A stretch of DNA of 64,000 nt from contig NC_043005.1 in assembly GCF_006345805.1 (NCBI RefSeq), forward strand, positions 88,164,001 through 88,228,000, written 5' to 3'. The notes under the pieces are model-generated. The model did no database searches. It saw only the letters and a list, made by a program, of their open reading frames with translations, and had not been told where the DNA came from. Position 1 is the first letter of the stretch. Each line of letters begins with the position of its first letter. Positions 12,251-26,079 of the stretch are shown piece by piece. The stretch is from Octopus sinensis (Eukaryota). The position numbers and the translations under genes are program-made.

Positions 12251-13703
12251 CACTCAACTTTTGTCCCTTCAAAGTACTTCATCAGACCCCTAAGAATTTT
12301 ATTCTTCGTGTAAATAGATGAGCAGAATCCATGAGCATCAATTGAAAGAGGCTTATTTCAATAATGACTTGAAACCTGAACATCTCAGCTCCACATCAGT
12401 CACCCTTCTGTCAGTGCTAATACTTTCTCACTAGATGTGGATGGTATGTGCAATTGGCTACCTCACTTCATGCAAGTTCTTGGCTTAACTAACATGTAAA
12501 AACACTGACGTGCACACACCATTCCACATATCAGTTAGAAATAGTAGCTGAATCTCCCTCAAGTTACTACATAATATCTTGTGTATGTTTACAAGTATTT
12601 CTTTGACAAATCCCCTTAAGCTTGGATTTCATTCAATCAATGACCCCTATTTTACCAGATATTTTGATGTCCCTTTGTCAGTATCTGTGCACAATCTTCC
12701 ACCCGGCCACTTGTCTCACAATAAGAAATACTGAATTCCAATGGTTAGACTACTGTGTTTCTGCAAGCCTAGCAGGCAGCTCGGATGAAACATCACATGA
12801 CTGTCTTTTGTTTGTTATGTTCAGCCAATCACAACTGGAACTTTCGTTTGCCTCAAAAAGCTGAGTAAAATCTCTATAAAGACCTTTTTTTCTATTTCAA
12901 CAAACAGGAATTGTTGTCTGATGAATCCACACGAGATGATTTTTTTAGACTCTCACAAATACATAACTCACCACATCTCTTTCTTCCTCTCCCTCCCTCT
13001 CCCTCTCACTCATACACACACACACATTATAAATAGACATACACATCATTCTTTGCTTGCATTGTTTGTTATTTGAAATGTTTCAGAAATTCTTCTCACG
13101 ACCATTTCTTCATAAATATAAACAACGCCAAACATTATGATGCCATGGAATTTCTTGTAATTACTGTTGTTGTTGTTGTTTCCAATCTCTTGTTTTGTTT
13201 TGATCTGGTGTGGTCAATTTAATATTTCTAATGGAATAAAACATCTGTTCTCGTATTTCAGTGTAGTCTTCAGCATCTTTTCATATGCGCGCGCGCGTGT
13301 GTGTGTGCGTGCGTGTATGTATGAATGTCTCTATGTTCTTATGGTAGCCATTGTGAATCTGTAAGTATGTCCACCTTTGCATTCAGAAACTACAAAACAA
13401 CCCCACCCCCAATCAAACTATATTATTGTTCTCCATCTCACAAGGAATAAAGATCCGTAACACAGAGGAGAGGAAAGAATAGAGGAGCCTGACCGGCCGC
13501 TATCTGTTTGTACCTGTTACTGTAGAGAGCTCAGGTGTTCTCAGACCCTGCATGGATGTGTAGGAGTTGCATAGTTTGAATAAGGTTTGTTATTGCCTAA
13601 TTTACGAATCATGGGAGTTACACACAGTGATCGGCCGTGGCAAACACTCTAGAAACTTCTAAGAAATTTGATTAATTCCAATTAGCTACGGAATGTTCTA
13701 TAA

Positions 13704-16010
13704 TGTAATTTAGTCGCCAGGTGAGCCAACAGTCTCTGGATTATGAATTAAACAGCTGCAGAACTTCGATCTATTTTCGACCACCGAACTTAGTCCTAGA
13801 GAGCACATAGATTTCGATATACGTGACCCAAGGAAATAAATGCCTTAGAAGAGCAACCGGATACCTCATAGTTATTAAATCGCACAACATATCCACTACT
13901 TCCATTTACATGAGAAGTAAACCAAAGTGGTATACGAGCATCTCTCGTACATTTTAATTTACCTTTTACAGATGGAACGTGACAAGGCAAGATAATATGT
14001 ACTCATTTATGTGCCGTGTCAACCGAAGCATGTTATTGGTGAATTCTTACCTGGTTCTGAACTGGTAGTAAATTATTTGTGAAGTTCAAGAATGACTCTT
14101 TCATTCATTCGAATCAAGAATGCATTTTACCTTTCGTAACACGAGAATTTTTGCTTTTTAATTAACCTGTTCCAGCAGTAACAAAGCCAAGTTACAACCT
14201 TAACTATCATTATAGTAGCCAACGTTCAGGTTACAGTGGAAACTACTTGTTACAGTGGTGAACCCCAACTCAGAATATGCATTCCCTCTCATTTTTCAAC
14301 TTTGATCACGTTTTCTTCATCGTTTAACACGTGTTAACAACTTCTTATGGTGACTCTGCACAGTTTTCTATACGAGGAATTTTCACCGAAATTTTTGGAT
14401 TCTGGAGAAATCTTAATGTCTAGATTACGTGGTATTTTCTATTTTCTTCCGCTAACATAGCAACCATACGTTCTTCTACTACCGAACTTTCAGGTCATAC
14501 GGCAACCCTCAAGGCCATTAAGGACTTGGCACAACAAGTTTCCGCCATATGTAACATTCGTTCCTCTGCCGAACAATGTTCTAGGAATGGTTTTTCCACT
14601 CCTTCTAGTCGTACAATCTCTCTGAACACCTCACATTGTCGGTATCATCGGCGTTTCAAAAGCCAGGCCAGACGATGTATGCAGCCATGTTCCTACTCAC
14701 CACAGGACCACTAACATGGTAGATCCTGGGCCCTCCTCTTCTTTCCCGTCCGCGTTGGTTGGCACCGGAAAAAATCAAAGCAGCTCGAGCTGAATTCGAA
14801 CACATGCTCCAGCTCAAACTGATTCGGCCATCTACGAGTCCATGGGCGTCTCCTTAGCACATTGTTCGTAAGGCTGATGCGTAATCCCACCCGGTGTAAG
14901 ATTATAGACGTCTCAATGCCGCCGCCACCCCCGACAAATATCATTTACATCTGCATGGAAGCAACACTTTTTCCAACGCTTTTTTACGCGCATACCACCA
15001 GATCCTAGTGAACCCGGAAGATATCCCCAAAATAGCTAAGACTACTTCAATGGGTTATTTCGAGTTTTTGTCCATACCGTTTAGATTATGCAATGCCGCA
15101 AGCACATTTCAGCGGTTCATAGATGAAGTCGTTCGTGATTTGGATTTCATTTACGCGTATGTGGACGACCTCCTCATCGTCAGTGCTATTGATGATCTTC
15201 TTCATCAACATCTAACTCAACTCAGCGTCTGCAGTCCTACAACATCAAAGTTAACCCAGCATAATGCGTGTTTGGCTCCAATATTTCGGAATTCTTGAGA
15301 CCCATCATAGATTGTGATGGCATCCGTCCACTTCCTGCAGCGCTCACCTCCAACTTCATTGCGACAGCTCCGCCATTTTCTAGGGCTAATTACCTTTTAT
15401 CGCTGATTTATTCCAAACTGTCCGGAGAAACTATTACCTCTGACCAATCTACTCAAGGATAGAAAGAAGAACGATGCAGTTGTTTCCTTTTCTCCGACAG
15501 AGTTACGCGTTTTTGATATAGTGAAGTCAGAGCTTGCAACTCTCTATCATCTTACCCATCCTGTTCCAGGAGCAAAGCTTGCATTAGCAGTTGATGCTTC
15601 AGATTTCCCAGTAGGTGTAGTTTTGCAACAAGTTGTTCATGGACAAATGCAACCGTTGGCGTTCTTCTCACGCTGTTTAAAATTCACTGGAACGCGATAT
15701 AGTACGTTTGGACGAGAACTCCTCGCCACTTATCTCGCTGTCAAACACTTTTACCACTTTCTAGTGGGGCGAGATTTTGTGATCTTCACTGACCATAAAT
15801 TGTTAACGTTCGCCCTTCATTCAAAGTCGGACAACTACTCGCTGGAGAGGATTCGACACCTGGATTTTATATCGCAATTTACGGACGACATCCATCATAT
15901 CTCAGAATCTCAAAATATCCCAATGGACGCGCATTATCAAGATTTTCTGTTTCTTCGTTAACCCCTGCTGTGATAAATTTGGTCACGATAGCCTCCGACC
16001 AACCGCCCCT
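13704..16010 (+). mobile_element. Ty3/Gypsy LTR retrotransposon remnant (5' LTR candidate, PBS, gag, RT, RNase H; 3' truncated)
   Basis: Candidate LTR TGTAA(13704)...TTACA(14254); PBS-like TGGTGAACCCCAAC at 14256; gag knuckle CRYHRRFKSQARRCMQPC; RT SPWASP, PFRLCNAASTFQR, YVDD; RNase H VDASDFPVGVVLQQ...FTDHK. Confidence 0.82.
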
Positions 16011-16140
16011 TCATTCAATTGACATCTCCTCCACCACCACCACCACCACGACCACTTTTCCTTTTGTTTGTTTTCGTGGTGCTGTGGCAACAGTCATTGA
16101 CACCTCTAGCCGAACTCTTATAAAAAAATAGAGTTCAGTG

Positions 16141-16194
<54 letters not shown>

Positions 16195-16199
16195 AGGGA

Positions 16200-17460
16200 G
16201 AGCGTTTTGGTAGCCCTCATTATCCTGTTAACGTCGTAGACGCCGTTATACCAAGGTTCCGAGTTCGCGTAAGTTGCTCGCTCGTTTCATGTAATTGTAA
16301 CGTTATTCTGTTGTGTGGTTTTCTACACGCCGTTTTGGCTTCCTTGTGGTGATACGGCTAGCGTCTTTTCTCGGTTGAAGGGAAAAGCGCTGTGTGTACT
16401 GATATGGACTATGAGAGTTTTAGTTCGTACCCTATGACCTCGTCCTAGGAGGACATGAGAAGTCTGGAGAGGATTGACAAAGTAATGGAAGACAGGAAGA
16501 AAATGAACTTTGCAGCTGTAGCTGGTGATAAGGAAGAAAAAATCCGCGTCAACGAAAAGGAAATGCAAAAATACAAAGAAATGTTGAAGAGAGAAGGACA
16601 CGAGGTGCAGGTATCATACTCCAGCGTCAGCACAGGAGTTATCAACTAAAGAAGTATCATATACAGAACATATAACCCAAAATCCAACAAGGTGGAGATT
16701 GTGACAAAAGAACAAATAGAAAAAGAACTAAGGCCCATCTGGCAAGACATTTCATACCATGCCAGAGGATCGAAGTTCGCGACGGTGGCACGGTTTACCA
16801 GCGAGGCAATAACCAGGTATCATTCCGCGACCTCCATGAAGAAAGACGAGATAGCTCTTCTACGTATGTACCAGGGAAGATATGCATCCAGAGTAAGGTT
16901 GGAAAGAACACCACCGGAGGAGGATATAAACTGGATAATAGCAGCAATTTTAATGGGCTTCGAGGAAAGGATTACACTCCTACAGGTAACAAAAGTACCA
17001 ACGAAGAATTGGGTAGGGAAAACATGGGAAATGATAATCCAGGCTGCTCAAGGGCACTTGGAAGAAATTGGTCAACACCATAACGGTGGTAGACGAGGTG
17101 AAGCTTAGAGCTGTGGAAGGCAGGTGGCCGAGCTGCTACAACTCTGGATATTTGGGACATATAAGAGCCAAGTGTCCCCCTCCCTGTAGAAGGACCAAAT
17201 GAAGATTCAGTAAAGACCGTGCCTCCGACAGTCGTAACACCAAGAAATGAGAAGGATGGAAACGAAAAACCAGGAGTACAGTAAGAAAAATCAACAGAAT
17301 GGACAGAGGTAGACAAAGAGAATAGGAGAAGAAGAAAGCAGTAAACCAACGAGGAAGAACCCCAACCCATTCCCGTTCCACCCTTCCCGCACCACACCTC
17401 AAATCCCCTCCCCTGCAGGCACCAGCCCTCTCTTTACCCCATCAGACATGAACACAAATA
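16200..17460 (+). mobile_element. Tx1/L1-like LINE 5' region with ORF1 (zinc knuckle), disrupted
   Basis: KMNFAA...RGSKFATVARF...EGRWPSCYNSGYLGHIRAKC; homologous to ORF1 pieces at 7796-8340 and 32900-33620. Confidence 0.65.
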
Positions 17461-17929
17461 AGGTAAACACACGAGAGCCATACATTTTCAATACCCCACC
17501 CAGAGAAAGTAGCAAATGTTTCAGTAAAAACCGTGCAAATGTTTCAGTAAAAAGGGGTTTGAGATAGTGAACTCTGATATAGAGGTGGACACGAAGGATT
17601 GTGAAGGGGTTAGAATCGAGTGTAAGGTGTTACCTCATGTTGAAGGAGAATTATCACAAGTTAAAAGACATGACAGGAAAGGTGTGTGGCGGTCCTTTTC
17701 TGGATATCGAGAGGCTGGAGCGGGACCACAATCTCTGAGCCTGCCGGGTGCAACACTGTCACCATCAATGACTTCAGTTTCACTACCACCGTTATTCAAA
17801 TTATTTTGTTTTTTCATTGTCACTCATATGAAGTAGCGATTATCAGGTTGCATTATTACCAGTGTTTTTTTGACACCATCACTGGATGTATCATTAATCA
17901 GGATATGTGGAGATTCCACCTGCTTCCCT

Positions 17930-17994
<65 letters not shown>

Positions 17995-17997
<3 letters not shown>

Positions 17998-20900
17998 TAG
18001 TATTTTTTTATATCGTGCTTTCACTTCACTACCGAGCGCAGCTCTGTGTGCCTTGGGTATGTGCTGTGATACTCTGGTGGATGTTCTGCGTAGCATGTGT
18101 GCAGTGCCCAGTAGTGCAATTTTCTGTATGTTATATGTGTTTATAAGTCCTGGTGTTTTTGTTATGTATTTGTCTGAATATTTTTTATTATGCCTAATGC
18201 ATCTATTATGATAGGGATTGTTTCTGCTTTTAGATTCCACATTCTGGTTACCTCTATTTCCAGGTCTTTGTATTTTGAAAGTTTCTCCATTTCTTTTAGA
18301 GACATGTTGTCATCCGCTGGTATTGATACATCAATTAGAAAGCATTTTTTTCTTCATGATCTCTGACAACTATATCTGGACTGTTGGCCTTAATTTCTCT
18401 ATCTGTGTGTATTGGCATATCCCAGAGTACGGTTGCTTTCTCGTTTTCTGTGACCTTTTCTGGTGTGTGCCTATACCATCTTTTTTCTGTTGTTATTCCA
18501 TAATGTTGGGATAGTTTCCAGTGTATATAGGTCCCAACTCTGTCGTGTCTGTGAATATATTCCTTCTTAGCCAGGACTAGGCAGCCACAGATAATATGAT
18601 TTATTGTTTCTTGTCCATCTCCACATATTCTGCAGTTACTTGTTATATTTCTTTTCATTATATGTTTTTGGTAATTTCTGGTGGGGAGGCTTTGGTCTTG
18701 TGCTGCAATTAAAAATCCCTCTGTCTCTGCTTTGAGTCCTGAGCCTCTCAACCATTGCTTGGATTTTTCTTTGTCTATTTCTTTTGCGTTTAGTTTAGTC
18801 CAGTATTTGCCATGAAGGGGCTTTTCTTGCCATCGTTTTATCATGGTTCGTTGCTGTTCTACTTTTAGTTTGGATTTCATTTGTTTTATAGCTTTTGTTG
18901 TTTCGTCATCTTCTTCTTCTTCTTCTTCTTCTTCTTCTTCTTCTTCTTCTTCTTCTTCTTCTTCTTCTTCTTCTTCTTCTTCTTCTTCTTCTTCTTCTTC
19001 TTCTTCTTCTTCTTCTTCTTCTTCTTCTTCATATTTGTTAGGTGGTATGATTTCTTGTTTGTATTTGTCAGCTTCCTTAAATACTGAGAACTTTTTTTTG
19101 TTTTGCTCGTGTTTTGCCGCTATTTGTATCAGTTTTCCTTGCTTCTGAAGTAGATATTTTTGCAGTCTTATGGTGGTTATTTTATAGTAGTTTTCCCTGC
19201 TGTATAGGGCCTCTACAACCATCTATAAGTTGTATATATAGTCTTTCTATGTCAGATTTTGGGTGATGCATCCTAGATCCTGTCATTTTTCTTGTTTTCC
19301 TATCTATTTTGGATAGTTCATTTAGTGTCCAGTTAAGGGTATTGTAGCTGTAACTTATAACTGGGACGGCTAAAGTGTTGATACTTATTATCTTGTTTTT
19401 AGCATTGAGCTCTGTTTTCAGTATTGATCTAACTCGTCTATAATATTCTTTTTTTTATTTTTTCTTTCATTTGTGTGTGTTGTGACTTATTTAGTCCATG
19501 GATTCCTAAGTATTTGTAAGTTTGGCTTTAGTCTAATCCTGTTATTTCATTGGTTTTATCTAGTGTGATGTTGCTACTCTTAATTAGTTTTCCTCTTTTC
19601 AGGGTTACTTTGGCGCATTTCTCTGATCCAAATTTCATATCTATTTCTTTGGTAAATCCATTAACTGTCTTTAGTAGTGTTTCCAGCTGTTTGTCATTTG
19701 TAGCGTATAGTTTTAGGTCATCCATATATAAAAGGTGGCTGATCTTTTTGCTGTAACATTTATATCAGCATCCAGTTCTGTTTAGCATATCCGATAGAGG
19801 TGACAGTGCCAAGCAGAAAAGGAGTGGAGAGAGCGTATCTTCCTGGAATATTTCTCTTCTAATGGGGATGGTTTTGGTTTTCACAAGTCCCTCTTTTGTT
19901 TGGAGCTGTAACACTGTTTGCCATTTATTCATAGAGTGTCCTATGTACTTTATAATTGTTGGTGCAACTTTGTTCATGCTAGTGTTTCGAGAATCCATGT
20001 GTGGGGGAATGCTATTAAACGCCTTTTTGTAGTCGATCCAGGCCATAATGAGGCCTTTCTTCTTTCTGTGGCTGTCTTCAGTTATGGCTTTATTGATCAT
20101 TAGTTGATCTTTACAGCCATATGAGCCTTTGCGGCATCCTTTCTGCTCTTCTGGAAACAGGTTGTTTTCGTCCAGGTGCTTGTTCAACCTTTGCGATATC
20201 CCTGCAGTAAATGCCCTGTACATTGTAGGGAGACAGGTCATTGGTCTGTAGTTTTCTGGTTTTGCTGTCTCATTTGATTTGGGAATTAAGATGGTTTTCC
20301 CCTTCGTGAACCATTCAGGCATTGTCTCTGGCTCTGCTAGTATGTTGTTAAAGTTTTCAGCCAGCTTTTTGTGCATTCCTGTAAGATATTTCAACCAGAA
20401 GTTGGGGATCTTGTCATGCCCAGGTGCCTTCCAGTTGCTTAGTCTTTGCAGTGCCTGGGTGACCTCTTCAGTTTTACGGGGGTCAAAGTTGTTCAGATGC
20501 TGAGTTTGTTGTTTTGATACTCCTTTTTTTTGGTTGTTCGTTCGCCGACCATATTTCTCTCCAGAATTCTTCCACTTCTTCTGCCGTTGGTGCTGCAGTG
20601 ATTTCTATTTTATTTTTGCCAAGTTCTTAGTAGAACTTTTTGTGGTTGGAGTTGAACTTTTTGTTTTGTTCAAAGAAACGCTGGCGTTTCTCGTACCGGC
20701 GGATCCTTTGTGCTTTGGCAAGAATATCTTGCTTCAGCTTTTCTTTTATCTCAGGTAAATCTTTTTCTGTGATGTTATATTTGCGGAGTATTTTTGTTTT
20801 CTTTTTTTGCTCAGTAGCGTTGATTGTCTACTGATTTCATTAAGAATCGAGAGATCTTTTCTCATTTTTTGTATTTTGTCTTGGATGTTATTTATCCACA

Positions 20901-22155
20901 GGGTTTGTTTGGGTGGTGGTACTCCTGTTTGGATGGGTTTGAGTGAGTATCCAGCTTCTATTGTGGCTGCAGTGGCTGCTGCGTATACTAAGTCATTTAG
21001 CTCAGTGATATCGCTTTTTGTTTCAGTGGCTATTAGTTCCGTGACGGCTAGGTTTATACTGTTTATAATTGGTGTTGTTGTTTCGTCTATTTTGATTTTT
21101 GGGAGGTATGGTCGGTGGTCCATTTTGAGCTCTGTGGTTTTCAGTTCTTTGATTATTTTACTTTTTATATTATCATAATCATTAGGCTCCCCTTCGTTGT
21201 TTCCAGGTTTTAGATTTGTGTCGCTTTCTTTCTTATTTATATGTTTGTTTGTCGTGTTTTGGCTAGCTGTTTGTTGTGTATTATTATGCATCCTTACGGT
21301 CTGGGTTTGTTGTTTTTTGTTTACATCGTGTTTGTTGTTAATGTTACGTTTGTCTTCGTGTTTTACTGTTTCAGTGTTTATATTATTGGGCATTGTTGTG
21401 TGGCTTCTCTCTACATTTTCTTGGTGTATTTTTTCTTTTAGATGTTCTATTTCTATTTCTGATATTTCTGAGAATGTATCTTCGTACGTTAGCTAGTTTA
21501 TAAGGGTTCATTGCTGTATCCAAGTCTATATTTATGTTATTTTCCTTCCATATTTTATATGTATGTGTTGTTGTGTTTTCATTTTTTGGGTAGAGCACTG
21601 CCGTGACGTATGCGTGTAGGATAGAAGTGTATTCCTCACGTGTCCATTTATGTCTTTTGGGTTTTATTTGCGGGACATGAGGAACAACGTCTGGCCCATT
21701 ATTTTGACGGTCGTCATTTTCGTAGGGTACCGGTCCGTTCATTTCTGTTGTCACATTGTTTTGCACGTGTAGTTTTTCGTACATTTTGTATTGTAAGTTT
21801 AAAGTACGTACCTCCCGATTGTTATTCTTGGGTTGAATAATATCGGTGGTATTTAATTTCTTCGTAGTTCCTTTGTACATGGTGTTTGGGGTCGGGGATG
21901 ATCTGGTGTTGATGGATCGTAATGTACCACACATGTTTACATGTGTTGTGTTAGAGGTGGAGATGATATCGAGTCAAAATACATCATTTCGTTTCGAAAA
22001 TAGTAATAAATTTCAATGAGTATTACTTACTCGGTACAGTCCAATCCTTTGTTAGTAAATCTTTGGCTCCATACGATGTCCTTGTTTTCGATGTTTATGG
22101 ATAGATTTCGGAGCTCTGTTTTATCGTTCTTACATCTTAAACGTCCCCCGGTGTT
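17995..22155 (-). mobile_element. R4/Dong-type RLE non-LTR retrotransposon, near full length, frameshifted (copy 1)
   Basis: RT (NYRPMTCLP, WIDYKKAF, QEDTLSP, MDDLKL), CCHC finger CRICGDGQETINHIICGC, RLE PDIVV; both ends abut (ATT)n-type arrays. Confidence 0.9.
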
Positions 22156-22161
22156 CTTCTT

Positions 22162-22259
<98 letters not shown>

Positions 22260-22845
22260 CATCATCATCATCATCATCATCATTATCATCACTGATATCA
22301 CTGATATTGTTTTTATTTTTTACTATTTGTGATTGTTTTATTAGTAGACTCAGAGGTTACACAGGCCTATGCAGGGCGGGAGGGGCACCAATTTCCAGTG
22401 CTGCTCACATGGACAGCCGCATAGAAAATTACACAATTTGATCTGGTCTTCCTCAGCGATGTTAGTTGTAATTTGAAAGAGATGTAACTACTCTTTCTGT
22501 CATGCAGAAATCATCTTGTAATCATCTCAGCGTATGAAGACTAAGATTGTTGCTTTCGTCCTTATTTCTGTAGCCAAGATAACTGGGTTTTTTTCTTGTA
22601 TTTCTTTTAATGTTGTTTTTTATTCGCTAGCTAGGCTATGTTCTCTAACCACGGGTTCTGAGAGGGCGGTAGATTTTAGTTACTTCCTGTGTTGTTGATG
22701 TTCTTGTATTACTTGCTGTCTTTGCTCTCTTTGCTGGGCAGTCTTCTTCATTCTTCTCTCGCCGTTGTCAATTACTGCCTTTATTGTTGTATCTATGAGT
22801 AGTAGCAGCAGTGGTGGTAGCAACAGCAACAGTAGTATGGGTAGG

Positions 22846-22876
<31 letters not shown>

Positions 22877-23056
22877 TTTGATCCTCAGATTCCTGTGCTA
22901 TCAGAATAGTAGTAGTTGTAGTTTTAGCAGACGCAGCATATCAATATTATTTTTATTATTATCATTACCACCATTACCACCACTACTATTGTTATCATTA
23001 TTACTATTTCCATTTATTATTAACAGGTTTTATTAAATGTTCTTTATTTTCAAATT

Positions 23057-23439
23057 AGTGACTGTGTGGTAAGTAGCTTATTCCCCAACTACATGGTTCC
23101 AAGTTCAGTCCCACTGCGTAGCATCTTGGGCAAATGTCTTCTACTATAGCCTCGGTCCGACTAAATTCTTGTAAGTGGATTTGGTAGACGGAAACTGAAA
23201 GAAGCCCATCGTATATATGTGTGTGTCTGTCTGTGTTTGTCCCCCTGCCATCACTTGACAACCAATGTTGGTGTGTTTATGTCCCTGATACCTAGCGGTT
23301 CGGCAAAAGAAACCGATAGAATAAGTACTAGGCTTACAAAGAATAAGTCCCGGTGGCAATTTGTTCGACTAAAAAGGCGGTGCTCCAGCATGGCCACAGT
23401 CAACTGACTGAAACAAATAAAAGAATAAAAGAATAAAAG
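23057..23439 (+). mobile_element. SINE family B
   Basis: Matches 3927-4361 head to tail. Confidence 0.85.
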
Positions 23440-24112
23440 GATGTGTTTGTTGAAGGAAATAGTTGGGGGAAAAGTATCAGCTTAGTGAATAGATCAAATT
23501 CTACAAGTCTATAAATGGATTCGGCAGATGGTGAGGAGGTCAGCAATAGAAGATAAAAGAATCCTTGCTCCCTTTGGGTCAGCAGAGGTCCAATGTGTTT
23601 ACTACTACCAGCGACCAATGTCGTTGTTGTTGTTGTTGTTTGTTTCTCTTGGGTTGGCCTACTTAATGCAAAGTAATAAGCATATATTACTTCTTCATAT
23701 TCTTCCCGGTTCCATTTAGTTTTTTATAATTTTGATTTTGTGATCGTTGTGGTGGTGAACTCTGGGGGCTTAATTTGAGACAAATCCCGTTTAAGTGACC
23801 TTCCAGGTTCGTATTCGGGGAAGATATTCTGCCATTTGAAAATTTTTCGCTGTCAGGCTGACAGCCTCCTATCAGACGCGCTTCCAGAATAACCATTGGA
23901 CAAGCGATTCGGATTACTGTTTGAAATTTTCTTTTCTTTTTAAGTAAAGTTAAATTATTATTAAATTTTCATTTTTTAAAAATATTTTTTATTTATTTAT
24001 TTTCATCACTAATCTTCATACAAGGGCCGCACTTATCATCTGCAGCAGCAGTGGTAGTAACAGAAGTAGTGACAGCAGCAGCAGTGGTTGCAGCAGCAGT
24101 AGTGACAGCAGT

Positions 24113-24185
<73 letters not shown>

Positions 24186-24960
24186 TAGTAGTAGTAGTAG
24201 TAAGTGCGGCTCATGTAATGTTTTTTTAAAATGGGTCCGATCGGTCAAAAAGAGTTCAAATGTCTACTACTACCAGCAGCGAACAGTGACCTTGATCTTA
24301 AGAAAAATTAAGGAAGGGCTGACTTACTCTGTTCTGTATTATTTGTGAAGAGAAAAGTTGTGTTCGACCTGAGAGAATCTATTATTAACATTATTTTTTT
24401 TCAACGTGCATTTCTGTTATTGCAATAAAAGCTATGTTTGCATATTTCGGGTAGTCAGGGATAACATAAATGTAATATTGTAGAGATTGAAATTGACTTT
24501 TTTAGAGATATTCGTTTGTATGTCCAGTTAGAGAAAACAGTTGAGTTTTTGCAATAGAAAGGATGCTTACATTTTTGATTACTCAGGAACAAAGGAAATT
24601 TTCACTGAATGTTTTAAGATTCACCAAACATGGTCTTTTGTATGTTCACAAAAAGAAAATTGTAATGTTCTTAGAAAACAAATGATGTTTACAGAGGAAA
24701 GGATGAGTATTCACAGCAGTTGTGGATATTAAAGTTTTTAAAGCTGATCGTTTGTGTGTTTGAAAACTGTTGATATGTAAATTTGTAAATTTGTAAATTC
24801 TTAACTTATTTTGAAGGGAATTTTAAATACTCACAGGATATTCTAAGATATTCCAGTCTTTGAGAGTTATTTTTCCCCGTTGTCCCGATGGGTCATATTA
24901 GTGTTTCTATGGCTTTCAGCTACTGAATGGTCAGAGCAGCGAGAAACACATCCAGCCGCC

Positions 24961-25018
<58 letters not shown>

Positions 25019-25215
25019 GTCATCATCATTATTATTATTATTAAGACGAAGAGCGCGATTCGATTGTAAGATATTTTATTAGTTGAACGATATTTCAACA
25101 GTACGTCTGTCTTTGTCAAGTTCGAAATAAGAAGTGATCAAATTTCAAAATTTGTAAACAAGCCTGTAGGTGTTTCTCCATTGTTAGGTACTAGCACATT
25201 TACCCACCTTTCTTC

Positions 25216-25262
<47 letters not shown>

Positions 25263-25786
25263 GTCTGTCTTTCCTATGTATTCACCTTGTGTCTTCACCT
25301 CATGTCTCTCCTGGTTTTTCCAGAAGGCTAAGCCATATATTCCCCTCTTCAGTCAGACACTTGCTCCTGCCCTTCACTCATACTTTCATATCCCTCAAAA
25401 CAATGCCCTCACTCACTTGTGGGATCTCGTCTTGCAAGTTACCCTCTGGTGCCATGAAGGGGGAGGAGGAGGGGGAGGAGGAGGAGGAGGAGGAAGAAGA
25501 AGAGGAATAAAGAGTATCGCCAGGAAAATAAATGCAGTTGGTGGCCAATAATTCCAACGAGAATCGATGGAATTCTTCATAACTTCACAATTTTGAACAC
25601 AACGTGTACAGTATTCGTAGCGGAGGTGACTTATTGCTCTTTTTTCTTTTTAGATATTAAAATATTCCATTTCAACAACTAGATTCAAAAGGAATAACAT
25701 CAATACCATTCCAAACGTAACAAACCAGGTGATACACACCCAGTGGTGCATGAGGCCAATGAGTTGCATAAGAAGTAGCTTATATG

Positions 25787-25818
<32 letters not shown>

Positions 25819-26079
25819 TATATATATATATATATATTCATGTGCACAGTTGCATATGTGTATATATTTATTCGTTTGTTTATTTATGTGAGCGTACACA
25901 ATGCAGACAACCTTATGATCTTCAGTTACGACTTCAAGAAACCACCCAGTCACCTGTTCACTTATTAATCTGGTGGCCACACAAAGCAAGGTTGACTACA
26001 TTCTCACCAGAAAGCAGGAAAGCTGGTTGCTTAGAAATACAAAGCCCTTCCCAGGTGAAGAGTGCTAACCTCAACATAT

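Noticed and set aside
12880-12960. Possible acceptor CAAACAG at 12907 as last exon of gene 1
   Set aside because: The 7203 acceptor has a much stronger pyrimidine tract and a cleaner frame.
21960-22155. HDV-like ribozyme expected at the 5' end of an RLE LINE
   Set aside because: I could not find the nested double-pseudoknot pairings by eye in either copy; an RNArobo/Infernal search would be decisive.
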